Assembly: GCF_036321535.1 (NCBI RefSeq) | Contig: NC_087437.1 | Coordinates: forward strand, 47,184,001 to 47,248,000 | Reading direction: 5' to 3' | Length of the DNA stretch: 64,000 nt | Origin: Camelus dromedarius | Taxonomy: Eukaryota | Part shown: one piece after another, positions 25,050 through 36,705 of the stretch | Numbering within the stretch: the first letter of the stretch is position 1 | Layout of the letters: each line of letters opens with the position of its first letter | Made by a program: the position numbers and the translations under genes | Notes under the pieces: model-generated | Told to the model about the DNA's origin: nothing | Database searches by the model: none | What the model saw: the letters and a program-made list of their open reading frames with translations, nothing else

Positions 25050-28000
25050 AAACTGGAGAGTTTTGAGTCTTAATCTAGTTCTGCCACTTATTACATGGCT
25101 GACCTTGAATTAATTACTTAATTGTACTGAACTTCAATTTTTTCCATTCTTAAGTGAAGAAAATAGTACCTACATTGCAGAGTATGTAGAGAAGATTAAA
25201 TAAAATAACGTAGTGATGTCACCAAGATAACAAAGTAGGTCATTAGCTCCCCCTCACAAGAAGAATAATCAAAAACTATTCAAGAACAAGACACCGCTGA
25301 GAGAATCCTAGAACACAGGGGTGAGGGTGAAGCACCCCACTGCACCAAAGAAACCAAGACAGACTGCATTAGAAGGGTTAAGAGAAGTGGCTACACCTTG
25401 ACTTCATTGCCCCTCCCTCAGGCCAGCATAGCACCACTGGGAGAGAGCTCACCTGAGATTCTAGTTCCTCCCAACGGGGGACAGCCAGCATTGAGGTCAC
25501 TTTGTGGGAGCCCCTATTCTGATTTCACACCATAGGGATTGTAGGAGAATCTTTAGGCTCAACCTCTGGGAATCTGCCTGTGACTGAGAAGTGGGGAGGG
25601 GCTTGCAAAAACCAGCACATAGATCTTCCAAGACTGAGTTCAGACCTGCAGTGCCCCAGTAATAATCCCAACCGGCAACTTTGCTCATCGGCAGAACCAA
25701 ATCAGGGGCACTCTGACTGGGGATCTTGGTGGGATGCAGATCTGCCTGATTCAGATCCTCAAATAAGTTTTTCCAGCCCTAGAGCCTGGTGTGCCCATGC
25801 CCAGGCAAAGGAGCTGAACACAGCCCTACCCACTTTGGAGAGTGTCTCTGGCCTCATCTGACCAGAAGGGCTGGTGGAAACTGCTGGAAGCTGAGTGGCC
25901 CAGTGGTGCTCCAGCCAACAGGTGGGCAGGCAGAGCTGATTGCCCCCAGAGTAAAGCCAGTGCCAAGCGTGGAAGGTTCACATGCTATGCACAGGATTAA
26001 TTCAAAGCCAAGGCTTAAGGTAGCTCCCAGAAGGTCTCCCAACCAGGGAGCCTATTGGAAATTGAGAGTAGCCTAGAGCAGCCCCTCGCCTATCTGTCCT
26101 GGTAGGGAAGCTGAGACACAGCCCTGCAACTGTGAAGAATGTCTTCAGGCCCCATCTGAACAGAAGGCCTGGCAACAACTCCTGGAAGCTGTGCAGCCCA
26201 GTGGTTCTCGAGCCTAGAGAAAGGCAGGCAAAGCAAAGCCAGTGGCACTGTCGGCCAGGGAACTTGGGGTGTGGGTCAGCTTAAGTTAAGACAACAAAGA
26301 GCTTTACAGGCTTTAGAACTGATTCCCACAGTGTGCCCAGGCAGGGAATTTGTAGCCCTACTTATTGATGAATACAGCCTTCAGCCTGTCTGACCAGGGA
26401 GCCTAACTGGAGCACACAGGAAACTGTGGAGCCCATTCAACAGCCCTACATAGAGTAGCATTCGAACAGAGAACAGCCTATGGCTTCCCCCATCTGAGAG
26501 CAAAACAAGTGGCCTCACCTGACCAGAGAATTCAGTGCATACTCTGGCCCAAGTTGGTTCTCCACACAATGAGCTGTACATGTCCTGGGGGTCCTGTCCT
26601 GCTGCCCTAGCAGGGCATGGAAGCTAATTCATACCTTATCTACTACTGAATATAGTACCCAGCCCTAACCATATGACTCCAAATAGTCAAAGAAATCCTA
26701 AGAAAGAGGAAAAAGCAGAAGACATCACACTTACTGGTTTCAAGCTATACTATAAAACTATAGTCATCAGAACAGTATGGTACTGACATAAAAACAGATA
26801 AATAGAACAAAGGACCAGAATCAAGAGCCCAGAAATAAAAACGGCCAAACATATACAATCAACTAATATTTGACACAAGAGCCAAGAGTACTCAATGGAG
26901 AAAAGATACTCTTTTCAATAAATGGTGCTGGGATAAATGGATATTCACATATAAAAAAAATGAAACTGGTATCTTACACTACTCACAAAAATTAACTCAA
27001 AATGGATTCAAGACTTAAATGTAGGACCTGAAACCATGAAACTCCTAGAAGAAAATATAGGAATAAAGCTATGACATGTCTTGGTAATGATTTTTTGATT
27101 ATGACAACTAAAACACGAACAACAAAATCGAAAATAAACAAGTGGTACTACATCAAACTAAACAGCTTCTTCACAACAGAAGAAACCAACAACAAAATGA
27201 AAAGACAACCCACAGAATGGGAAAAAATATTTGCAAATCATATATCTGATAAGGGGTTAATATCTAAAATACACAACAAACTCATTCAATTCAATAGCAA
27301 ACAAAAACAAAAACAAAAAAACCCAAATAACTCAATTTTTAAATGGGCAAAGGATCTGAATAGACATTTCTACAGAGACGATATATGAAAGGCCAACAAG
27401 TACATGAAAAGGTGCTCAGCATCACTACTCGTTAGGGAAACACAAATTAAAACCATGATGAGATATCATCTCATACCTGTTAGAATGTCTGTTATCAAAA
27501 AGGCAATGCTGGTGTGGATGTGAAGAAAAGGAAACCCTTCGCACTGTTAGTGGGGTTGTAAATTGGTGCAGCACTATGGAATACAGCATGGAGGATCCTC
27601 AAAAAATTAGAAATAGAGCTACCATATGATACAGCAATTCCACTTCTGAGAATATATCCAAAGGAAACAACATTAACTTGAAGAGATTTCTGCACCCCTG
27701 TGTTCACAGCAGCATTATTTACAATATCCAAGACATGGAAAGAACTTAAGTATCCATCAATGGATGAGTGGATAAAGAAGTTGTATTATATATGTATACA
27801 ACTGAATACCATTCAGTCATAAAAGACAAGGAAATCTTACCATTTGTAATAACACTGATGGACCTTGAAGGCATTATACTAAGTGAAATGTCAGACAGAG
27901 AAAAACAAATACTGTATGATCTCACTTATATGGGAAATCTATAAAACAAAAACAAAACAAAATAAAACAAAAACCCCAAACTCAAAGAAAAGGGATCAGA

Positions 28001-28450
28001 CTTGTGGTTACCAGAGCCAGAGGGTTGGGGAAGGAGAAACTGGAGAAAGGTGGCCAAAGGCACAGACTACCAGTTATAAGATAAATAAGTACTAGGGATG
28101 TAATGTACAACATGATGACTGTAACTAACACTAATGTATGGTAGATAGGAAAGTTGTTAAGAGAGTAAATCCTAAGAGTTCCCATCACAAGGAGAATTTT
28201 TTTCTTTTTTCCCCCTCCTTTTCATTGTATCTATATGAGAATATGGATGTTAGCTGAAACTATTGTGGTAATCCTTTCACAATATACATAAATTAAACCA
28301 TCATGGTTTATGCCCTAAACATATACAATAATGTATGTCAATTATTTCTCAATAAAACTGAGGGCAAATAGGAAAATAATAATAATAGTGCACGCAAAAT
28401 GCTTAGTAAAGCAACTGACTATAGTGGGCACTCAATAAAATCAACATTAT
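25050..28450 (+). mobile_element. MIR SINE split by the L1 (halves ~25050-25212 and ~28380-28450)
   Basis: Left half ends 'agattaaataaaataacgta'; right half resumes 'gcacgcaaaatgcttag...gcactcaataaa...attatt'. Confidence 0.8.
25213..28380 (+). mobile_element. Internally deleted LINE-1 (L1M2-like 5'UTR plus L1MA9-like ORF2 C-terminus and 3'UTR)
   Basis: 5' part resembles old L1 5'UTR ('ctgagagaatcctagaacac...gcattagaaggg'); from ~26675 clear ORF2 (ORF 27071-27388 reads KINKWYYIKL..KRQPTEWEKIFANHISDKGLISKI..KWAKDLNRHF); 3'UTR ends 'gtcaattatttctcaataaaact' plus A-rich tail. Confidence 0.9.
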
Positions 28451-28719
28451 TCTTATTATAACAAAAGTTGCCCATCACTGTGATGAGTCTTCTGTCTTGG
28501 GTGCTGAACTTCTACCATCATGACTGGAGCTCTGACATGAAGCCTAGTGCACCTGGCTGAGACCAAGCTCTCACCAGGACCCTTTCCCAAGAATGACAGT
28601 GTGGAACCAGGAAACAGCTACCCACTTGACTCTGAGCACCATAAAAGCTTATAAATTCTAGCAGCCATGTCACTCACAAATGAGAAAACTCTCTCTTTTT
28701 GATTAATGCAGTACTAATA

Positions 28720-29063
28720 ATTTCTTAGTCCATTTGGGCTGCTGTAAGACAGACTGAGTGGCTTATACACAACAGTTATTTCTTCTCACAGTTCTAGAAG
28801 TTGGAAGTCCAAGATCAGGGTGCCAACACGGTCAAGTGAGGGCTGTCTTCTGGCTTGCAGACTTCTCGCTGTGTCCTCACATGGCAGAAGGGTCTGGGGA
28901 GCTCTCTGCAGCCTCTTTTATAAGTGCATTAACCCCAGTCAAAAGGGCTGAGCCCTTATGACCTAATCACCTCCCAAATATCCCACCTCCTGATATCATC
29001 ACTTCAGGAATTAGGTTTCAACATAGGAATCTGAAGAGGGGATACATGGACCATACCTGTAAC
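28720..29063 (-). mobile_element. MLT1A-like MaLR solo LTR
   Basis: 'cttagtccatttgggctgct...tctcacagttctagaagttggaagtccaagatcagg...gtcctcacatggcagaagg...atgacctaatcacctccca...taaca'. Confidence 0.9.
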
Positions 29064-29064
29064 A

Positions 29065-29240
29065 GGTTAAGTGTTCAGTATTTTTCATGTATAATCACTA
29101 ATTTTCTAATATAACTCACGAGCTGGTTTGATGAATCTCATTTTACACTTGAGCAAACTGAGGCTCAGAGAAGTTAAAATGACTTGCTCGGGGTCACAGA
29201 GGCAGTAACTGGCAGGGCCAAGACTCTAAGCCTGCTCAGT
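29065..29240 (-). mobile_element. MIR SINE
   Basis: 'cattttacacttgagcaaactgaggctcagagaagttaa...gacttgctcggggtcacag'. Confidence 0.85.
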
Positions 29241-29442
29241 TTTCACCGGGCCCTGTTGCATCCTACACACAGTGCCTGACACTCGCAGATGAAGTCAAAC
29301 CCATTCCCAGCCTCTTGCACTCCCTCTGCTGAGGTCCTGGTGAGATCCATCATAATAACCTGATTCCTCAGACAGATCCTCCCATCTCCCCTTAACAGCC
29401 TCGCATTGCCCCCACAGGGGCTATAAACATACAGAGCTCTGT

Positions 29443-29694
29443 ATTGGGGCTGAGTGATTTTTTCTGTAAAGAGCCAGACATGAAATATTCTGAGCTTTGT
29501 GGGCTCTACAGCCCCTGTTGCAACCGCTCTGCTCTGTAGTGAGCAGCAGACACCAATAAGACACCGACAAGACACAGAAAAGACACAGACAAGACACAGA
29601 CAGATAAGCATGGCTGTGCTCCAGTAAAACTGGGTTTACAAGAATAGGCAACTGCCTGGATTTGGCCTGTGGGCCATAATTTGCTGACCCCTGT
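29443..29694 (+). mobile_element. MER58A (hAT-Charlie MITE)
   Basis: 'tttttctgtaaagagccaga...catggctgtgctccagtaaaact...ggatttggcctgtgggccataatttgctgacccctg'. Confidence 0.9.
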
Positions 29695-30240
29695 TCTCTG
29701 TTGGGAGAACATCATGTGGGAGCTTGTTGAAAAAGCAGAATCTCAGAATTCTGTAAAACAGTGAAAAACTAGAAAAAAATTAATTTGTTTCAAAGGGACT
29801 GATAAAGTTACAGTAACTACATATGGCACTGGAATACAATGCAGCCATTAACAATGATGATTTTTATTTGCTTAGAAAGTTGTCACAACAAGTGAGATTT
29901 GAAGCTTACAAAGTAGCATATATAGTATGTAAAATTGAAATGTGAATGTATGTGTATATAAGAAGAGATAGATGTCCTTATGTTTGTATGAAGGATGTTT
30001 ACCCAAATGTTAACAGTGATTATTTCTGATTTTTTTCAACTTTTTAAAAATGTTTCAGTAGTTTTTAATTTTATCAGTGAGCACAAATCAATTTTATAAA
30101 ATCAATAAAATTAGCAAAATTTTAAAAAAAGAAAAAAAGCAGAATCTTAGACTTCACCTCAAATCTATTGGATCAGAATCTGAATTTTTAGAAGACCCCC
30201 AGGTCATTCACATGTATATTAATGTTTGAGAAGCTCTGTT
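29695..30240. mobile_element. MER5-family element split by an L1ME insertion
   Basis: 'gggagcttgttgaaaaagcagaatctcag' resumes as 'gcagaatcttagacttcacctc...atcagaatctgaattttta...ccccaggt...gtttgagaagctctg'. Confidence 0.75.
29748..30133 (+). mobile_element. L1ME-type 3' end with TSD
   Basis: 'tggaatacaatgcagccattaa', 'caaatgttaacagtgattatttctg', A-rich tail; TSD AAAAAGCAGAATCT(C/T)AGA at 29730-29747 and 30134-30151. Confidence 0.8.
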
Positions 30241-30254
30241 CTATATGTCTTCAA

Positions 30255-30420
30255 CTCATTGAGCACCTCCTATAATCCAAGCACTGCTCCAGGTGCAAAA
30301 CATACTTGATCTAAAATCCTCTAAAATCCAAAGTAGCTGCTATTATCCAATTTTACAGATGAGGAAACAAAAGTTCAGAGAAATTAAATAAACCAAGAAG
30401 GTTACAGACAGCATTGAGAT
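30255..30420 (-). mobile_element. MIR SINE
   Basis: 'attgagcacctcctata...tattatccaattttacagatgaggaaac'. Confidence 0.8.
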
Positions 30421-31314
30421 TTAGCTAGAAATTAAATAATTGCTACTGAAACTCTTCTTAGAAATGGTCACACAGAATAGTTCAGAGGCACTAACTCTGA
30501 ATTTGAATAAATATTGTTTTCATGATTATGAGCACAGAGGTTTTTATTCTGAAGGACTGAGAGTATTACATAGTCACAGAAATAATTTTCTACTCTCACA
30601 GATAATCCTAAAAACAGACTATCTTTTGCCAAACTATTCCCTTCACATACTTTCCTTTACTCAGCTTTATCTAACATCGTAAACTCTTCAAAGGGCCATC
30701 TCTTTACTTAGGTAGTATTCTGTGCATTTTTCTATTGATTCTATCTTTCTAATGCTTCTTCAGAATTTTTTAAAAGAATTTGAGGTAACTTAGAGATACA
30801 CATAAAATACAAGACAGAAAATGAAATAAGCCATGATGCACATTGTTGAGGGCTATACAATATGCCCAAGGATGAAGGCCATATACAAAATGCACTCCAT
30901 AAAGTCCTTTACCTTTTTCTTGGTGTTTTACTAAAAACTGTAATCAGAGCTTTATCATCTATTACATAATACAAAGAGGCTAAACTTGGAAAACACTCGC
31001 TTGTCAATCATATCATTTAATTTCTATTTGCTCACATATTAAAAGTGGATAATAATATCTCAGAGAAATGTTATCAAATAAGAAATATGAAAACTGTATT
31101 ATTTCACTCCAAATTTTAGTGACCTTTTAATCACTATAATAGTTACTGACGTAAAATATAATGTTGTCATAAGAACTAAGATTTATTGATCACTTATTAT
31201 GCTAAGATCTCTAAATGGATTGTTTCTTTGAGTCTTCACAACAACCCTAAGCTACTAAAATTAGCCTTATTTAGAAATGATAAAATGGGTCTAAGAAAAG
31301 TAACCTGGCCTTCT

Positions 31315-31742
31315 AGTGTATCGCAAACATAGTGGTTTAAAAATAATAATATTTATTTGTTCCCAATTCTTCGGGTTAGCAATATGGCCTGGGCTCAGCT
31401 GGGATGGTTCATCTCTGCTCCGATGGTTCATCTCTGCTCCATGTAGTGATGGCTGGGCTCATACATATCTAGAAGGGCTGGGACAGCAGGGCTTCTCTCT
31501 CCACGTGGTCTGTGTGGTGTCTCATCTTCATGGAGGCTAGCCTAGATTTCTTCACTTGGTTGTAAAAGGGTTCCCAGTAAGCAGCCACAAAAAGAAAGCC
31601 TCAATGAATAAGCTGTCTTCAAACCTCTGTTTGTGTCACATTGCTGATGTCCCAAGCCTAGGGTCAATATGGGATGGAACTCAACAAGGGTATGCACACA
31701 CAAGAGGCATGATTTCCTGAGAGTCATTAATGTAATAGGCTA
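31315..31742 (-). mobile_element. Old MLT1 (H/J-like) MaLR LTR inserted in a MIR
   Basis: 'aaacatagtggtttaaaa...ctgggctcagctgggatggttcatctctgctcc...tctctctccacgtggtct'; MIR halves at ~31175-31310 and ~31745-31825. Confidence 0.75.
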
Positions 31743-32199
31743 ACTTCCCAGCATATAAATGAGTGTCCCTGTGTGAACCCAAGACAATGTGAATTCAAGT
31801 CCCATGCTCTTAATCCCACCATACTCGCCTTCAGGAAAATCCCCCCTAATATTTTCTAGATGATGTCAATTTCTTTATAAATTCCTAAGCCACCTCCTCC
31901 TAAAACATGAAGACATTACTAATCTTACCTCCAAATGATTTTTCTGACTTAGAGCTACCATGAACCTCATTGAAAATTTCAAAAAGTACAAATTAAAGGG
32001 AGATTATTTTTTACTCCTTAAACCATTTATATTATTAGAAAGATTGAATTTAACATAACTGCTCTGTAGAGACCCAGCTGATACCAAAAGTGGCATCAGT
32101 GCATCAGAAGACAATACTATTACCTCACTTTGTACACTTTACGTGTCAACGCAGGACTTCCAGAAAGAAAGTGCATTTGGGCTTTCCCTGTGGGCATCT

Positions 32200-32475
32200 G
32201 GAATGTTAGCAATGGGGGAGGAGGGTCAAGTGTGGAAAGCCACTCTAGAGACAGGATATGGAGAGCTCTCTATGCCATACTGAGGAGCTGGGGAACTTCA
32301 ATGGGAGTAGAGAATGGATGACAAGGTCAGATTGGCATTTTAGGAAGATATCTCAGGCAACAGAGGGGAAGGTGGATTAGAGTGAGCAGAGACAAAGAAA
32401 GAGACTGATTGAGAGGTTTTTACACTAGTCTGAGTGAATGGCTGTAAAAACTCAAGTCCAAGTGACAGAGGGGAT
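32200..32475 (-). mobile_element. L2 fragment
   Basis: 'tatgccatactgaggagctggg...gtcagattggcattttaggaagat...gtggattagag'. Confidence 0.65.
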
Positions 32476-34780
32476 GGTTCCAATGTCAGGCAACATGCCC
32501 ATACACTCCTGTTTGCTACAGGATATGTTATTCTGTTTCATCAAGAACGGCTGATTAATAGAATGATTGTAGTGGGGTGGAGAGATCGGATACAAAGATT
32601 GGTCTGTTTGCTCTGTAACTATCAAGGATCCTCTGTACCCAGAGGATCGACAAAGGACTCCTCATGCCCTGAAATTTATGTCCTCTATTCCTCTTAATAT
32701 AAATCTCCCACAGTTAAAAGAAAAAAAAAGAAAGAAAGAAAGAAATTGCACTGTCATGTAAACAATAGTGGCATCCTTCTTGGAGAAAATAATGGAAGAA
32801 AATTAATGTAGCATTAGATTAAGCTCTATTAGTATAATTATACAATGGCTGTCCTAAAGAGATATGTCATGCAGACAATCTCTATTGTTACAAAGGACAA
32901 TCTATACAAAAGAACAAAGGAAATAATTTTAATAAAACATTTTGCCCTAAGCAAGAAATGTGCTTTATGTATCATATATGAGAAAGGACTGTTGTTCGAT
33001 ATAAAGTGCAACTATGACCTTGCCATAAGAGTGCTCATTACTTAATGCCACTGAAAGTAAATTAATGGACTCCCAAAAGGTGTAAAATTCATTCTGCTTT
33101 GTGGCATTTGTTTGCTGACAGAGGAGTTGAAGAGGGATCTTTTCATATGATTATTTAAACAAAGAGCTTCAATGAATTCAAAGCGACCTTTCAGGTTTCA
33201 CCAAAGGGCATTTCTCATAGAAAGGATTCATTTGAGAGGGAAGTCCCACCTTTGAAAGAGTTTATTCATAAGGGAAGACGGGTTCATGTGCCACCTGCAA
33301 AATTCAACAATTTGTGCTTTCAAATAGTTATAGCTATTTTAGATTTCTCTAATCAAATTTAACATTTGTCTAAAAAAAAAGCTGAGTTGTGAGTTGGCAA
33401 CCCAGGAAGAGAACTGATTCATTTAAAGGTTTCATTTGTACTTCATCAAGTCTGAATGCTTTATGTGACATTAAAGCTCTTTATTATATATGTCTCCTTC
33501 TTTTGTTTCCTGTCACTCAAAACCGCACACTTATAGCTGCTTACCTTATCTTTATAGGCCACTTTACAGTTTATAAATTGCCTTTACCTCTCATTAGATG
33601 TTCTCGGTGACCTTGAGGTTAGGCAGAACAAATATCGGTATTATCATTTGACATATAAGCAATTTTAGCTTTAAAGTATCTAAGTGACTTGCTTAATATC
33701 AGGAACTTACCGATGGCAACAGAGCAGCAAACAAGACAGGCAAAGTTCTTGCCCTCAGGGAGTTTGTCTTCTAGAGTGAGGGTACACAAATATATGAGTA
33801 AATAAACAAGTAATACAATGTCAAGAGAATAATAAGTGGCAAGACTGAGACCACATAAGTCATCTGTCTCAGAGCTGAGCTTCCCCTAGCAATCATCCAT
33901 CAGAAGAAAAACTAGAGAGTGGCTGTCCTGGCACAATATTCCATATTAAGGATCTCTAGTATGACTCTAGCTAATCCCACTGCCCAAAGAGCAGCTGTGT
34001 AGACCTCTACATTTTAGCCTACTTGTCTATTCATCATAGATGTCCATGTGTCGCTGGGGAGCTTCAGACCAGGGAAGTAGATGTCAGTGTTCCAGAAAGG
34101 TTACTTACAAACGTGGCTTGTGGACACCAGAGAATGGCAATTACAAAGCACCAGCATGGTTCACTGAGAACAAGTCAGACGAGCCAGATCAATGGTACTT
34201 GCATTTGCAGCAAGGTCATGAAAGAGGTAAGTGAAGATGAAGCCAGAGACATACTGTGTCTACATCTTAAGAGCCACTTCAAAGTCCTTTCTTAGGAATC
34301 AGGTTGGCAATAAATACATAAATGAAAATTCTGTGAAGACCCTTCATGAAATAAACATGTAAACAAAACATCTTTGTGGAGAAATGTGGCCTGCATGGCA
34401 ATATAGTTAGGGTGATTTAAAATTAGTTAAATAAGCCTACCTAAAAATCATGGTCCATTGCTCAATTCACAGGAAGGGTGAATAAGGGAATGCTTCAATC
34501 CTTGATCACAGCCAGTATTTTCAGCAATTATTTAAATGAGAATGTCAACATAAATTCCAAAGAAAAAAAGGCAGAGGGAAAGCGTATGTACATGTTAAAA
34601 GGAAATAATCAGAATCTAACTTTACTGCTAAGTGGAGATGGTCACTCAATTCCAAAACCTTTATTAAATGCCACCAGGAGTAAGGCACTGTGAGGAATGC
34701 CAAGCAAGGAACCTGTAATCCCCTCCCAGGGTTCCGGTGAGCAACCACTGCTCTCCCACTGCTTTTCCCCATTACCACCT

Positions 34781-35165
34781 TGTCAGGGGCTGAATTGTGT
34801 CCTCAAAATTTGTATGCTGAATTTCTAACCCCCAGCACCTCAGAATGTGACTGTATTTGAAGACAGGATCTTTAAAGAGGTAATTACATTAAAATGAGGT
34901 CATTAGGCTGAACCCTAATCCAATCTGACTGGTGTCCTTATAATAAGAGGAAATTAGGACACAGACACATATAGAGGGAAGATGTGGAGACACTTAGAAG
35001 ACGACTGTCGACCAGCCAAGGAGAGAGACCCTAAAAGAAAACCCTGCCAACATCTTGATTTCAGGCTTCTAGATTCCAGAATTGTAAGAAAATAAATTTC
35101 TCACAATTGTTCAAGCCACCCAGTCTGTGGTACTTTGTTACAGCAGCTCTAGAGAAATAGATACA
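34781..35165 (+). mobile_element. MLT1B-like MaLR solo LTR, full length
   Basis: TG...CA ends; 'cctcagaatgtgactgtatttgaagacagg...aatctgactggtgtccttataa...aataaatttc...aagccacccagtctgtggtactttgtta'; 5-bp TSD cacct/aacct. Confidence 0.92.
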
Positions 35166-35519
35166 AACCTCCATCAGAATCTCTACCACGCCAGGCCTCT
35201 GCTCCCCAGAACCTCATTCCTGAATATCAACTTTCCTGCCCAAACTTCCATTCCTGTCCCATCCCCAGGGTTTCTGCCCCCCGCCCCCCGAGGCTGATGG
35301 AGCAGCAGCCTCTGGGGAATAATTACTGAGATGATTATTAAGGAAGAAGTGTCCTCTGCTGCCCCTAGGAGCTTTTAAAGAAGGAAAGAATGTGTCTATT
35401 TTCATATAAAAACATTATTACACATGGACTAGTCATGCTGGGTTCAGTTGACTTATAAACATCCATAACATAACCCATTCGTAAAGCAAAGATCTCTCTC
35501 TGGATTTGCAAACTCAGCT

Positions 35520-35960
35520 GTCTGTTCATTCACTGAACATGTGTCTACTGAGCCCTTGCTCTGCACCAAGCCCTCCGCTAGACCTTTCCACATTTATCAC
35601 ATCATGGAAGCAAGTGTGAGGGCAAGTCAAGGGGAGATGGGGATAAGTGGAGCCTTCCAGGAATTGGGAAGTTGTTCAGAGGATCAAAGGCACAGAAGGG
35701 TCTGCAGTGTCTTCAAAGAAGAGAAAGAAGTTTGTCGCAGCTGGAGTAAAATGTGTGTTGAATAAAGGAACAGGAGATGAGGTCAGGAGGTATATTGGAG
35801 TGATGCATAAGAGTTTTTTCTGCCACACTTAGGCGTTTTGGACCCCATTCTGTACATAATGGAGAATTAATAGATATTTTTAAGGAAACACAAGATGTGA
35901 TTATCTTTAAAATTACAACCCTGGCAGAAGTGAGGTGAGATGGGGGTAAGAAAGAAGTGT
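35520..35960 (-). mobile_element. L2 fragment
   Basis: 'ttcattcactgaacatgtgtctactgagc', 'ggagatgaggtcagg...tgccacacttagg'. Confidence 0.6.
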
Positions 35961-36514
35961 CAAGGGGCTAAGTTCAGAAATTCTTTAGAGACTTGAAATA
36001 ATGAATCTCATTACTCATGAGGTCCTAAAGTTATGAATCTGTGCATCAATCTAATAGAATTGCTCCAGTGTGTGCATCTGAACCACAACTCCTACATATA
36101 TATATGTGGACATTTTTGTGTACTTATGAGCTGACCCAAATTCAATTCATCAGCACTAAAAATAAAACTATTATTGCTTTTAGTAACTTACTGCGATTGT
36201 CCATGTCTTCTGTTCTTCAATGGCTAGTGATTATAATATTAAATGGTTTATATATTAATATGATTTTAAAAACGCTTAAGATTTTATAAAATGGCACGTT
36301 TCTATTACCAAATCACAGGGGCAGAAGGTTCATTTTTCCTTTAGTAATGAAGCACTCATCTCAAGAGGCCCAATTCATAAAAAGACATTTACATAGCTTA
36401 GTAAGGTTTTTTTTTCCTCTCTTTCTTCTGCTTTTTATGAGAAGAAAGAAGGAATAGGCGAGGAATCTAAATCAAATGGAAAATTAAAGCCAAGGTAAAA
36501 ATAAAATGAAAATC

Positions 36515-36705
36515 CTTAATGATTGGTGTAGTGAATCGGGTGGGTGGTGTGGTAGGAAAAAAGGAAATCACACGGGCTTGTAGGAAAAACCTCTTTCAAA
36601 CATAAATGAAGATGGATGGGCACGTGACCCACAGGGGACTTCAGACTGCTTCTTGTTTTATAAATAGCAGCTGCCGCCTTTTGTTACATTCCTAAAATAG
36701 CTTGC
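36515..36705 (+). promoter_or_regulatory. Candidate muscle-type enhancer/promoter module
   Basis: Inverted CCAAT 36522-36526, CACGTGAC 36621-36628, MEF2 TTATAAATAG 36658-36667, E-box CAGCTG 36668-36673, MCAT CATTCCT 36687-36693, in sequence with no repeat I could recognise. Confidence 0.4.

Noticed and set aside
27071..27388. 105-aa ORF with real protein homology
   Set aside because: Fragment of decayed L1 ORF2 flanked by stops and frameshifts, not a host gene
34040..34234. KRGLWTPE resembling a plant MYB repeat start
   Set aside because: The rest of the MYB helix pattern is absent; short chance match
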